Shown in pieces: positions 1 through 10,219 of a DNA stretch of 64,000 nt (its first letter is position 1; every line of letters starts with the position of its first letter). Location: positions 3,626 to 67,625 of the IMG/VR virus record IMGVR_UViG_3300049988_000034. The stretch is one strand, 5' to 3'. The position numbers and the translations under genes are program-made. The notes under the pieces are model-generated. The model saw only the letters and a list, made by a program, of their open reading frames with translations, was not told the DNA's origin and searched no databases. The stretch is from a virus.

Positions 1-279
1 CGCGCGAACCAGCGCGTCACCCGCGAGCGGATCAAGCGCGGGCGCGACAAGCGTATGACCGAGGAGAAGGCGCTGGACGCCGCCCGGCTGGACGACATCG
101 AATTGCTGGCCGACATGACGACCGACTGGTTCGGCATCTTGAACACCAAGGGCGAGCCGATCCCCTTCAGCCGCGACGGCGCCATTGCGCTCTACAAGAG
201 CTATCCGGTGGCGCGTGACCAGGCCGACCGCTTTATGGCGGATCGCACGAATTTTACGAAGGCATCGTCGGAAGCCTAA
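1..279 (+). CDS. Tail assembly chaperone (5'-truncated by window edge)
   Basis: Open frame from the window start, two genes upstream of the tape measure; C-terminal ...FMADRTNF is typical of siphovirus tail chaperones. Confidence 0.7.
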   Translation, partial: RANQRVTRERIKRGRDKRMTEEKALDAARLDDIELLADMTTDWFGILNTKGEPIPFSRDGAIALYKSYPVARDQADRFMADRTNFTKASSEA

Positions 280-635
280 TCGCCTATGCTGAATACTATT
301 TCTCCGGTGATGAAGAAATCGCCGGAGGAACGGTATCAGACCATGAACGGGCCTTGGTGGCGCAGGGCTTCGTGTTTGAGGCGGCCGATGATGCCGAGGT
401 GCCCGAGTTCCCGGATGAGATAGAATACGTTTGGGACTGGTTCGTCGAACTGCACGAGGCCCGAACGGGGAACGGCTTTGGGCCGAACCCGCTGTCATTC
501 ACCGAACTGGCGCACTGGCAGGCGCTATGCGATACTCGCATTCAACCATGGGAGGTCCGCGCAATCAGGGCCATCGACAACGCCTACATCGCATCGCGAC
601 GGCCATCTAAGCCGCCGGTGTCGGGGGACGAATAG
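249..635 (+). CDS. Tail chaperone extension (gpGT-like), probably reached by a -1 frameshift
   Basis: The -1 frame is open from GAATTTT (249-255) to TAG 635; WDWFVEL..R..NGFGPNPLSFTE..W..WEVRAIRAID is typical of pre-tape-measure proteins. Confidence 0.7.
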   Translation, partial: EFYEGIVGSLIAYAEYYFSGDEEIAGGTVSDHERALVAQGFVFEAADDAEVPEFPDEIEYVWDWFVELHEARTGNGFGPNPLSFTELAHWQALCDTRIQPWEVRAIRAIDNAYIASRRPSKPPVSGDE

Positions 636-3600
636 ATGGACATTGCACCGCTTGGCTTCGCAGTCGACGCCACCCCGCTCGACAAGGCGGCGACCACCGC
701 GCAGGACGCCGCGAAGAAAATTATCGCCGTTGCCGATGCCGCTGACGCGGTAGGCAAAGCCACGCGCGAGAGCGGCAAGGCCCAAGCGGACAACACCAAA
801 AAGGTCGAGGAGGGTACGAAGGCCGTCGACAAGGCGAAGCGCGCCACCGACGAACTCACCGCCGCGACCAAAAAGCGCTCCGAAACGACCACCGCGACCG
901 GCAAGATCGTGGAGACGGTCAACCGCATCACGCAGGATGCCGTGAAGGCGGCCGAGGATTACGCCAAGGCGGCGCGCGGCGAGGAGGTGGCTATCACTGC
1001 CACCGGCAAGGCGATCACCTCCCTGTCCGGCTCCATGCGCGCCACGCAGGGCGCCATGAGCGGGCTCGCCGCCAGCACGATCAAGACCACCACCACGTTC
1101 AACGCGCTGGGCACCGCGGCCGACCAGGCCACCGAGGAGGTCAACGACGCCGCGGATGCGATCGACGGCGTGGGTGGCAGCGGGGAGAAGGCCACCGGGC
1201 TCCTCACGCGGCTGTGGAACACGCTTGTCGTGGGCAAGGGGCTCCTCAACGTCGTGGGCGGGGAGGCGCAGCGCGCCGGGCTCAATATCGGCGGAGCGGG
1301 CGGTATCGGCAATGCCGCTGCCGGCGCCACGCGCGTGATGCAGGGGTTCGAGACGGTCATTGGCACCACCGCCGGCCGGCTCGGGCTGATCGGCGCCGCA
1401 GCGGCTGTCGCGACGATCGCGTTCATCAAAATGCTCGGGCCGCTCGCGGAGGCGCAGGATCGGTACGCGGCCTATGAAAGCCGCCTCACGAGCGCGCTGA
1501 AGTCGCAGCAGGCCGCCGCCCTGTCGATGCAGGAGTTGACCAAAATATCGAACGATGTCGGCGTCGGGCTCAACGGCACGATCGACAGCTTCGCCCGGCT
1601 CGCGCAGAACTCCGAAGCGCTGGGCGCGTCGCGCGGCGAAATGCTCCAATTCGTCGAGACGGTGCAGAAGCTGGGCGCGGCCGGCAATATCTCCTCCTTC
1701 GACATCGAAGGGGCCATGACGCAGCTTGGCCAGTCGCTCGCCAGCGGCAAGCTGAATGGCGACGAACTCCGCTCGATCCTGGAGCGCATGCCACCCCTCG
1801 CCAAGGCGATTGCCGAGGGCATGGGGAAGACGACGGGCGAGTTGCGCGCGATGGGCGCGGCCGGCGAGTTGACCGCCGACAAGGTGTTCGCCGCCATCCT
1901 TTCGCAGACCGAGAAGGCGCGCAAGGGCTTCGAAACGATGCCCGACACCGTGGAGAAGGCGAACACCCGCCTGTCGAACTCCTACGACAGCCTGAAGGCC
2001 CATATCGGCGAACTGTTCATGGCGTCCGAGATCGAGCGCGCCCTTGTGAACGCCGCCGCCAGCGCGACCGCGTGGATCGACGGATGGGTGGCTGACAAGC
2101 CGGCCAACCTCACCAGCGCGCAGCAGGCCAAGGAAAAGCAGCAGGCCGACGAGATCAAGCGCGTGAAGGAAATTCAACGCCTCGCTGCCGATGCCGAGGA
2201 TAAGTATTCCGGCCAGCGCAAAAAGGAGGAGGAGCGCAAAAAGGACATCGACAACTACACCAAGGCACTCGTCGATGCCAAAAAGCGCTATCAGGAACTG
2301 GAGGACCAGGCCGTCAAGTCTGCCGCCAAGGAAGGCGCCATGCTGATCGCGCTCGCCAGCGCGCGGCGCCTGGCCATGGAAGGCATCGCCACCGGCAATG
2401 TCATCATGGAAGCCCGCGGCCGGTCCGAATATGGCAAGCTGGTGACGGCCATTGCCGGCGGCGACCGCAAGCGCGACGGCAAGGGCGGTATCAATGAGCA
2501 GGCGCGCAACGCGCGCGGCGAGGCCGATGCCGCGCTCGCGGAGATGCGCAAGCTGGAGTTCGGCCTGAAGGATGCCCGCGAGGAGCAGGCTGCGTCCGAC
2601 AAAAAGCGCAACAAAAAGGGTGGCGGCGGATCGAAGGCGGATAGCCCGCTGACGGCGTTGAACAAGGACAACGCCGCGCTCGCGGCGGCGCTGGCGGGCA
2701 ACTTGGGTGGCGGCGTCGACATCGCTACGCAGGCGGCCGGCATGAAGGGCGCAGGGCAGGCGACGGCCATGGCCGCAATCGTGCAGCAGCGGTCCCTGGA
2801 GGCGCAAAAGGCCATTGCCGACATGAAGCAAGCGGCGACCAGCGCCACGCAGCTAAGTGCCGCCATGGCCGACTTTGCGGGCGACCAGATCGACATGGAG
2901 GCGGGCGCCGAGGCCCTGACGTGGAAGTACAAGACCTTCGGCAACACCATGGCCGACAACGCGCAGATCGTGATCGATTACACGAAGGCGCTTGCCGACC
3001 AGAAGCGCGCAGAGCAGCAGCTTGCCGACACGCGGACGATGAAGTCGCTCGACGACGAGGCGATCGTGCGTCGCGGGCAGATCGAGGCCCTGGAGGGCGG
3101 CGGAGGCGCCTACGAGACGCGCCGCGCGGAAGCCGCGGAGCGCGCCAACCTCCTGCGCAAGCAAGGGCGTGACCCGCTCGCCAACGCGCAGATGAAGGAC
3201 TTTGACAGCAAGGAGAGCCTGACCACCGCGAACGCCGTCGCCAAAAGCGCGCAGGTGATCGCGCAATTCCGCGCGCAGGCCGCCGCATCGAGTAGCGCCG
3301 AACTGCGCAATCTCCAGCTTCAGGTGAAGGTGGACGAGGCGCGCGCCAATGCCGGCCCGAAAGACAAGGACAACGCGGAGAAGCGCGTGCGCGACGAGGA
3401 TGCGGCCAGCCGCACCGCGGGCGTGAAGGCGACGACGATCGGCATGCGCGAGCAGGTGGACGCCATGTCCGACCAGTACGCGCTGTCGCGCCTCGCGGGC
3501 ATCGAACTGAAGGTGCAAACCGCGCTGATGGAGCGCAAGCGCGCCATGATGGCCATGGGCGTCGACCTAGCATCCGCGGAGGCGCAAGAGCAGTTCAAGA

Positions 3601-4352
3601 TCACGGAGCAACTGGTGCTCGCGCAGGCGGCCCTGGATGGCCACCTGGAGCGCGTCGATGCGCTGAAGTCGGCGTGGGTTGATATGGTGGAGGACACCAA
3701 GGGCGCGATCGGCGACGGCTTTATCGCAGCGTTCCGCGATGGCGAGGATGCCGGCAAGGCGATGTTCGTCGGGCTCGAACGGGCGGGCTTCGAATGGGTC
3801 AACAAGATGGTGCAGAAGTTGGCCATCTCGCCGCTGTTGAACATCCTGGAGCAATTCGGCGAGAGCGCGATCGGAAGCGTGTTCGGCGCGAAGGGCGGCG
3901 GCGCGACCAGCGCGGGCGCGACTTCGAAGGCGGCGAATTGGGGGCCAGCAAGCGCCAACGGCAACGTGTTCTCGGGCGGGTCGCATATCCCGTTCGCCAA
4001 TGGCGGCATCGTCGATCGGCCAACGTCGTTCGATATGTCCGGCGGGCGCAAGGGGTTGATGGGCGAGGCTGGCACCGAGGGCATTTTCCCGCTCGCGCGC
4101 GGCGGCGACGGCAAGCTGGGGCTGAAGGTCATGGGCGGCGGGGGCGGCGCGAACGTGTCCGTCCAGGTGATCGACATGCGGACCAGCAAGGGCACGGAGA
4201 CGCCGCAGGTGCAGGAGCGCCGTGGGTCGAACGGGGAGCGCCAGTTTGCCGTGATGATCCGCGACAGCGTCAAAAGCGGCATCCGCAACGGAAACTATGA
4301 TACCGACCTGCAAGCGCAGTATGGTTTGGGGCGCACCGTTTCCGAGAAGTAG
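636..4352 (+). CDS. Tail tape measure protein
   Basis: 1238 aa, Ala-rich and helical; tape-measure core (QLGQSLASGKLNGDELRSILE) and lambda-type C-terminus (FANGGIV..PT.F...GLMGEAGTEGIFPL). Confidence 0.95.
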   Translation: MDIAPLGFAVDATPLDKAATTAQDAAKKIIAVADAADAVGKATRESGKAQADNTKKVEEGTKAVDKAKRATDELTAATKKRSETTTATGKIVETVNRITQDAVKAAEDYAKAARGEEVAITATGKAITSLSGSMRATQGAMSGLAASTIKTTTTFNALGTAADQATEEVNDAADAIDGVGGSGEKATGLLTRLWNTLVVGKGLLNVVGGEAQRAGLNIGGAGGIGNAAAGATRVMQGFETVIGTTAGRLGLIGAAAAVATIAFIKMLGPLAEAQDRYAAYESRLTSALKSQQAAALSMQELTKISNDVGVGLNGTIDSFARLAQNSEALGASRGEMLQFVETVQKLGAAGNISSFDIEGAMTQLGQSLASGKLNGDELRSILERMPPLAKAIAEGMGKTTGELRAMGAAGELTADKVFAAILSQTEKARKGFETMPDTVEKANTRLSNSYDSLKAHIGELFMASEIERALVNAAASATAWIDGWVADKPANLTSAQQAKEKQQADEIKRVKEIQRLAADAEDKYSGQRKKEEERKKDIDNYTKALVDAKKRYQELEDQAVKSAAKEGAMLIALASARRLAMEGIATGNVIMEARGRSEYGKLVTAIAGGDRKRDGKGGINEQARNARGEADAALAEMRKLEFGLKDAREEQAASDKKRNKKGGGGSKADSPLTALNKDNAALAAALAGNLGGGVDIATQAAGMKGAGQATAMAAIVQQRSLEAQKAIADMKQAATSATQLSAAMADFAGDQIDMEAGAEALTWKYKTFGNTMADNAQIVIDYTKALADQKRAEQQLADTRTMKSLDDEAIVRRGQIEALEGGGGAYETRRAEAAERANLLRKQGRDPLANAQMKDFDSKESLTTANAVAKSAQVIAQFRAQAAASSSAELRNLQLQVKVDEARANAGPKDKDNAEKRVRDEDAASRTAGVKATTIGMREQVDAMSDQYALSRLAGIELKVQTALMERKRAMMAMGVDLASAEAQEQFKITEQLVLAQAALDGHLERVDALKSAWVDMVEDTKGAIGDGFIAAFRDGEDAGKAMFVGLERAGFEWVNKMVQKLAISPLLNILEQFGESAIGSVFGAKGGGATSAGATSKAANWGPASANGNVFSGGSHIPFANGGIVDRPTSFDMSGGRKGLMGEAGTEGIFPLARGGDGKLGLKVMGGGGGANVSVQVIDMRTSKGTETPQVQERRGSNGERQFAVMIRDSVKSGIRNGNYDTDLQAQYGLGRTVSEK

Positions 4353-4379
4353 GAAGCGGCGCGGGGTGGGGGAATTATT

Positions 4380-4736
4380 ATGGCGAACGCGAGTTGGCCG
4401 GCGTCGCTGCCGGCCTTTGTTGACCAGCAGGGCTACAGCGAAACCCTGCCGGACGTGAACATCGAAAGCCCGATGGAGGCGGGGCCGCCGAAGGTGCGCC
4501 CCCGCACCACTGTGAACTGGACGCCATTTACCATGTCCATGCGCCTCACGCGGGCGCAGTACGACGTGTTCGTGGGGTTTTTCAACGGCACCCTTAGCTA
4601 TGGCTCGCGCCGCTTCGATTGGGTGCATCCGTACACCCGCCTGCCGGTCACGATGCGCTTCCGCAAGCCGCCTCCGAAGTTCACGCCCGCCGGCGCGGAC
4701 ATGATCGCCACGTTCCAGGTGGATCGGCTTTTCTGA
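4380..4736 (+). CDS. Distal tail protein (lambda gpM-like)
   Basis: Follows the tape measure; WP.SLP...MEAGPPKVRPR...L.YG...FDW.HP pattern. Confidence 0.8.
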   Translation: MANASWPASLPAFVDQQGYSETLPDVNIESPMEAGPPKVRPRTTVNWTPFTMSMRLTRAQYDVFVGFFNGTLSYGSRRFDWVHPYTRLPVTMRFRKPPPKFTPAGADMIATFQVDRLF

Positions 4737-5221
4737 TGGTACAGCGCACGCTATCGCCGGCCGCACTCGCGTCGGCAAACGCATCCGAAACGGATGAGGT
4801 TTGGCTTGTCTGTGTCACGATCAAGCACGCCACGCTCACCAATCCGATCCGGCTGGTGAATGATTTTCAGGACATGGCGCGCAACGACGGCACGGGTCCA
4901 CTGTGGTATATCGGCCTGCCGTTCTCGATCGAACTTCCCGGAGAAGACGCGGAAAACGCGACCACCGCGAAGCTGAAGGTGGACAACATCGATCGGCAGA
5001 TAACGGCCGCGCTCCGCATGATGGTCGAGCCACCCCTATGCGACATCGAAGTGGTGCTCGCGTCGCAGCCTGACATCGTGGAGGTGGGCCTGTACGACTT
5101 CACGCTCCGCACCGGCAGTTGGGATATGAACTACGTCGAGGGGAGCCTTCAGATCGAGCAGATTTTCCAGGAGCCGGTATCGCTCACGATGACGCCGCAG
5201 CGCTTCCCGGGGCTGTTCTGA
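4736..5221 (+). CDS. Minor tail protein (DUF1833-like)
   Basis: TGATG overlap; ITH....PIRLVND...PF.IELP..DN.DR and C-terminal TPQRFPGLF. Confidence 0.8.
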   Translation: MVQRTLSPAALASANASETDEVWLVCVTIKHATLTNPIRLVNDFQDMARNDGTGPLWYIGLPFSIELPGEDAENATTAKLKVDNIDRQITAALRMMVEPPLCDIEVVLASQPDIVEVGLYDFTLRTGSWDMNYVEGSLQIEQIFQEPVSLTMTPQRFPGLF

Positions 5222-5670
5222 TGCTGCCCGGGTGGGTGGAGCCGTACATCGGCTTGCCGCACGTCATGGGCGGCCGGAGCAAGGATGGGTGCGACTGTTG
5301 GGGGCTCGCCTGGATCGTGCTGGCGGAGGTGTTCGGCAAGGAACCGCCGTCCTACGAGGGTGTGACATGGAACAAGGGCGATGCTGGCGCGGCGCGCGCG
5401 CAGGTGGGCGCGATCGTGAACCAGGCGGCGCACCACCACTTCCGCGAGATCGAGCCCGGCAAAGAGGAGCCCGGCGACGTGATCGTGCTCCGCATCGCCG
5501 GCAATCCGCTGCACGTTGGCATTGTTGCCGGGGGGTGTTGGATGCTACACAGCGCGGAGGACGCAGATAGCGCTGGGGAGCGCTACGACGGCATGGTGTG
5601 GAAGCATCGGGTTGTCGGGTTCTGGCGTTTCAGGGGTGGTGCCGGCGAGGAGATCGCCCGCACCGACTAA
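5221..5670 (+). CDS. NlpC/P60 tail assembly protein (gpK-like)
   Basis: YIGLP..GGR...GCDCWGL catalytic Cys motif, HVGI and LH motifs. Confidence 0.9.
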   Translation: MLPGWVEPYIGLPHVMGGRSKDGCDCWGLAWIVLAEVFGKEPPSYEGVTWNKGDAGAARAQVGAIVNQAAHHHFREIEPGKEEPGDVIVLRIAGNPLHVGIVAGGCWMLHSAEDADSAGERYDGMVWKHRVVGFWRFRGGAGEEIARTD

Positions 5671-5681
5671 GGGGAAAACGG

Positions 5682-8600
5682 GTGGGGGCACTCGCGACGA
5701 TCGAGAACAAGCCGTGCGTCGAGGTGTTGCCGCCGCTTCCGCCGGAGGTTTATCTTCAGCGCTCGCCGTTTGCGGCAGCACAGCCGGTTCACGTCGAGGT
5801 GCCCGAAGGGGCGACCGTGGCCGAATACGTGGCCGCCGTCGCCAAGGGGATGCCGCCGGCATATCACCCGCATCTGCACGCCATGATCGGCGAGATGACG
5901 ATCGCGCGCGAGAATTGGAGCAAGGTTCGCCCCAAGGCCGGGTACGTGGTCACGGTCCGCGTCCTGCCCGCCGGCAAGGGCGGAAAGAACATCCTCCGTA
6001 TCGTGGTGATGGTGGCCGTCGTCGCTGCCGCCGCATACTTCCTGGGGCCGGGCTCCGGGCTCGTGGCCGGGCTGGCCGGGGGCAGCGCGACCGCCGCGGC
6101 CGGCATCTCCGCCGCGCTGGTGGCGACGGCGACCACCGTTGCCACGCTCGCGCTCAACGCGCTGATCCCGCCGCCGGGGCTCACCTCGTCGGACAGCGCC
6201 AAGCCGCGCTACCAGTTGACCGGCACGTCGAACCGCATGGAGCCCTATGCGCAAATCCCGCGCGTGTTCGGCAAGATGCGCCTGTTCCCGATGCTGGCCG
6301 CCCGGCCGTACACCGAAGTGCAGGGCAGCGACCAGTATATCCGCATGCTCCTGATCGCCGGTTTTGGGCCGCTGCGCATCTCCGACTTGCGGATCGGTGA
6401 CACCGACTTCGACCTGTTCGCCAACGCTGAATACGAGGTCCACGAGGGCGGCCCCGACGGGTGGGCCGGCAACAAGGAACTGACGCTGTTTTCGCGGCAG
6501 GTGCGCGAGGAGAGCCTTGGCATCGTGCTCGCACCGAATGCCGAGGTGCAGCAGACCACGCGCCCCAACACGACCGAAGTGCAGGTGGACGTGGCGTTCC
6601 CGCAGGGCCTGATCGGCTACACCAAAAAGGGGGCGAAGGAGAGCCGCACCGTCAACATACTGGTGCAGTACCGCGCGACCGGCACAACGGGCACCTGGCA
6701 GCAGGCGCGGTGGGTGTCGAACTACGACGGCGTGACCGGCTCCAATGGCCGGATCACCGCCAAGGCGCAGTCGCAGGAGGCCGCCCGGTTCACCGGCGCG
6801 TTCAAGGTGCCCAAGGGCCAGTACGACATCCAGTTGATCCGCACGACCGCGGCCGGCGTGCGCAACAGCGACGGCTCCGCGCAGATCGACGACAGCGCAT
6901 GGACCGCGCTGCGATCGGTGATCGATGACAAGCCCGTCGACATGGAGGGCGTGACCCTGATCGCCGTGCGCCTGAAGGCGTCGGACCAGTTGAACGGCGT
7001 GCCCAACACCATCAACTGCATCGCGGAAAGCTATCTGCCCGTCCGCGCCGGGGGTGCCTGGAGTTACCAGATCACGCGCAGCCCGGCATGGGCATACGCC
7101 GACACCCTGCGCCGCCGAGGCCGTGAAACCCTGATCCCTGATAGCCGGATTGACCTAGATTACATCCAGCAATGGGCGGTTGATTGCGATCCAAAGTGGG
7201 AGTTCAACGGGGTGTTCGAGGGCGGCAGCGTCTTCAATGTCCTGCGACAAATCGCCGCGGTAGGCCGGGCAAGCTACACCATGCGCGACGGCCTATTCTC
7301 GGTTGTCCGCGATGTCGCGCAGCCAACTCCAGTGCAGCATATCACCCCGCGCAACTCGTGGGGATATTCTGGCAACAAGACGTTCGTAAAGCGCCCGCAT
7401 TGCCTGCGCGTTCGCTTCAAGAATGCCGAGAAGGATTACGCCGAGGATGAAGTGCCTGTCTATGATGATGGGTACAACGAGGCCAATTCTACCGAGTTCG
7501 AAACGCTGGACTTGACGCTGGGATGCACCAGTAGGGCGCAGGCGTGGCGCGAGGGCCGCTACCACCTGGCCGTCGCCATCCTCCGGCCGGAGGAGCATCG
7601 CGTGTCGATGGATGTCGAGGCCCTGCGCTGCGCCATGGGGAGCCGCGTGCAGCTTACGCACGACGTGATCCTGGCCGGGCTCGGGTTCGGCCGCGTGATC
7701 GGCCGCATCTTCGGCGGCGGGCAGGTGATCGGCGTCCAACTCGACAGCGAGATCGAGATGCTGGCCGGCAAAACCTACGCCCTGCGCACCCGCGGATCGG
7801 ACGGCGCCAGCGCGGTCTATTCGCTCCAGGTGGTCGACGGCATCGCGCGGCAGGCCATGTTCCGCGCGCCGGTGTCGCCATCGGTCGCGCCGGAGGAGGA
7901 CGACCTGTTCATGTTCGGCGAAACGGGGCTCGAAAGCGCGCCCATGATCGTCAAGCGGATCGATGCCGGCGAAGACCTGTCCTGTACGCTGTCGCTGGTG
8001 GCATACGATCCAGCCATCCACGCGAGCGACACGCAGCCGATCCCGGCATTCTCCAGCTTCATCACGCAGCCCTATCCCGATCGCATGGTGCGCCCCGCGG
8101 CCCCGCGCTCGATCAAGCTGCGATCCGACGACAGCGTGATCGACGTTCTCCAGGATGGCACCACCACCGTGCGCATCGCCGTGGACATCACGCCGCCGGG
8201 CTCCAGCCCGGTCCTGATCGCGGGATGGGAGGTGCAGTTTCGCGAGGGGGATGGCCTGTGGATGCCGAACCCCAACGGAACGGCCCTGGCGTCGCTCCTT
8301 ACGGTGTTTTCGCCTCCCGTGCGGCCCGAGGCCGTGTGGTCCGCGCGCGTGCGCTCCGTGACCGAATTTGGCGCCTCCTCCGAATGGGTGACGGAGGACA
8401 ATCACGCCATCGTCGGCAAGACCGAGGCGCCCGGCGTGCCGTCGCCTGTCTCGACAGTCGGCGCGTACCGCTCGATCCGCCTGTCGTGGTTCAACCCGAT
8501 CGACAGCGACCTTGCGTTCGTCGAGGTGCTGGCCGCGTCGACCAGCTCACTCGCGAACGCCGCGCTAATCGGCTCCGCGGCGAACGGCGCCTTCGTGATC

Positions 8601-9710
8601 GAAGGGCTCAACCCCGGCGACCGCCGGTGGGTGTGGCTGCGCAGCGTTGACCTGTCCGGCAATCGGTCCGACCCGATCCTGGCGGGCAATGCCACGGCGC
8701 TCGCGCTCGACGATGCCGATGGCGACGTGGCGGCGAACAACGCCAAGACCTTGCTGGAGATCGCGGACGCCGAAGTGCGCCGGCTGCGCGATCGTGGCCT
8801 GTATCTCGCCGGCCCCGACGCCGCGACGCCGATGACCCTGTTCCAGCGCGCGGAGGAGAACCGGATCGAGGCGGATAGCGCGCTGCGCTCGATCATCGAA
8901 ATAATGGTCGCGGTCGCGCCGGGCGGCAAGGCTGTGGTGCTGCGCGGCGAAAGCGTGTTCGTGACCAAGGAAGTCGCGGGCGTCGTGGAAGTTGTCGAAT
9001 TGAGCGCCCGTTTCGGAGAGAACGAAGGGGCCATCGAGCAGATCAACACAGTGCTCGCCAATGAGAACGGCACCGTGTCGCGCGCCCTGTTGCGGGTTAG
9101 GGCCGATGGCAAGATCATCGGATACGATGCCTACAACGACGGCAAGACCGGCATCTTCGACTTTACCGCGGATGCCTTCAGCATAACGGACCCTGACACC
9201 GGGGAAGCCCTGTTTTACGTGGATGAACAAGGCGCAATCCTTAACAACGTGCGCGTCAACACGCTAACGGCAAATGCTGTCAAGTCGGCCAATATTGAGT
9301 CCGGCGCCGTAATGAGCATCAACTTTCAGGAAACGCAATCCGACTATTCGGTTGCGCGCGGCAATGTTGACACGGTTGCATCCGTCACGTTCGTTAAATC
9401 GCAAGCCAATACGGCCTTGAAAGTCACTTTCTTTGGTTCATTCTGGAGCCAAGACGATCTTCAGTATAATTGCAGCATCGTCGTGGATGGCAATGTTTCG
9501 TATCCGGCCGGACAGCAAAACAACGTATTTGACCAGCAAAACAGTAACGCCAGATCGACGGTTACTCCGTTCAAATACATAACCGGCCTTGCCGCCGGAC
9601 AGCACACTATCGCGTTCAATGTATATAACACCGAAACGGACAACATACCCCTCACGATCAAGATGGGTTCCGTTTTGGAGGTTATCGAGTTCAAGCAGGG
9701 GGCTATGTAA
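5682..9710 (+). CDS. Tail tip / central fibre protein (gpI-like N-terminus fused to gpJ-like host specificity protein)
   Basis: ~1340 aa; [15 protein letters not shown] motifs, FN3-like segments; GTG start after GGGG. Confidence 0.9.
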   Translation: MGALATIENKPCVEVLPPLPPEVYLQRSPFAAAQPVHVEVPEGATVAEYVAAVAKGMPPAYHPHLHAMIGEMTIARENWSKVRPKAGYVVTVRVLPAGKGGKNILRIVVMVAVVAAAAYFLGPGSGLVAGLAGGSATAAAGISAALVATATTVATLALNALIPPPGLTSSDSAKPRYQLTGTSNRMEPYAQIPRVFGKMRLFPMLAARPYTEVQGSDQYIRMLLIAGFGPLRISDLRIGDTDFDLFANAEYEVHEGGPDGWAGNKELTLFSRQVREESLGIVLAPNAEVQQTTRPNTTEVQVDVAFPQGLIGYTKKGAKESRTVNILVQYRATGTTGTWQQARWVSNYDGVTGSNGRITAKAQSQEAARFTGAFKVPKGQYDIQLIRTTAAGVRNSDGSAQIDDSAWTALRSVIDDKPVDMEGVTLIAVRLKASDQLNGVPNTINCIAESYLPVRAGGAWSYQITRSPAWAYADTLRRRGRETLIPDSRIDLDYIQQWAVDCDPKWEFNGVFEGGSVFNVLRQIAAVGRASYTMRDGLFSVVRDVAQPTPVQHITPRNSWGYSGNKTFVKRPHCLRVRFKNAEKDYAEDEVPVYDDGYNEANSTEFETLDLTLGCTSRAQAWREGRYHLAVAILRPEEHRVSMDVEALRCAMGSRVQLTHDVILAGLGFGRVIGRIFGGGQVIGVQLDSEIEMLAGKTYALRTRGSDGASAVYSLQVVDGIARQAMFRAPVSPSVAPEEDDLFMFGETGLESAPMIVKRIDAGEDLSCTLSLVAYDPAIHASDTQPIPAFSSFITQPYPDRMVRPAAPRSIKLRSDDSVIDVLQDGTTTVRIAVDITPPGSSPVLIAGWEVQFREGDGLWMPNPNGTALASLLTVFSPPVRPEAVWSARVRSVTEFGASSEWVTEDNHAIVGKTEAPGVPSPVSTVGAYRSIRLSWFNPIDSDLAFVEVLAASTSSLANAALIGSAANGAFVIEGLNPGDRRWVWLRSVDLSGNRSDPILAGNATALALDDADGDVAANNAKTLLEIADAEVRRLRDRGLYLAGPDAATPMTLFQRAEENRIEADSALRSIIEIMVAVAPGGKAVVLRGESVFVTKEVAGVVEVVELSARFGENEGAIEQINTVLANENGTVSRALLRVRADGKIIGYDAYNDGKTGIFDFTADAFSITDPDTGEALFYVDEQGAILNNVRVNTLTANAVKSANIESGAVMSINFQETQSDYSVARGNVDTVASVTFVKSQANTALKVTFFGSFWSQDDLQYNCSIVVDGNVSYPAGQQNNVFDQQNSNARSTVTPFKYITGLAAGQHTIAFNVYNTETDNIPLTIKMGSVLEVIEFKQGAM

Positions 9711-10219
9711 TGTCGGAACTATCGGACGCCACCGCGGCACTCGTCCAACTCACGACCATGTATGCCGAAACCCGCGACAACATCGTGGACCTGATGACCG
9801 CGCCGGCCGATGGCGGGCCGAACGCGGATGGGTTCTATGACGTGCCGCTTCCCGATGGCTCGGGCACGATCCGCATACCGAGTTTCCGCAAGATCATGCG
9901 CCTGGCCACCACGCCGTCGCTTGTCCTGTTGAATGGCGCCGGCCCCTTCACGCTCACGGCCGAACAGGCGGGTTCGCGCATCTCGATCGCCAATGGGGCA
10001 GCAACATCCTCGATCATCGTCAACGTGCCGCCCGTGGATGGCCTCGTGTGGTTCCTGCGCCAGCGCGGTGCAGCGCCATTGCTGATCCGCAGGAGTGACG
10101 GCACCGCGCCGTTGAACACCGCAAACCACAACGGCACCGGCGGGGTTTCGTCGGGTGTCGCGGTGTCGATCGAGGGCGGCGTCCTGTACCTGGACGGCAA
10201 CACGGCGGTGGTGTCGTGA
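9710..10219 (+). CDS. Tail-associated hypothetical protein (possible adaptor or short fibre)
   Basis: Translationally coupled between the tail tip and spike genes. Confidence 0.55.
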   Translation: MSELSDATAALVQLTTMYAETRDNIVDLMTAPADGGPNADGFYDVPLPDGSGTIRIPSFRKIMRLATTPSLVLLNGAGPFTLTAEQAGSRISIANGAATSSIIVNVPPVDGLVWFLRQRGAAPLLIRRSDGTAPLNTANHNGTGGVSSGVAVSIEGGVLYLDGNTAVVS

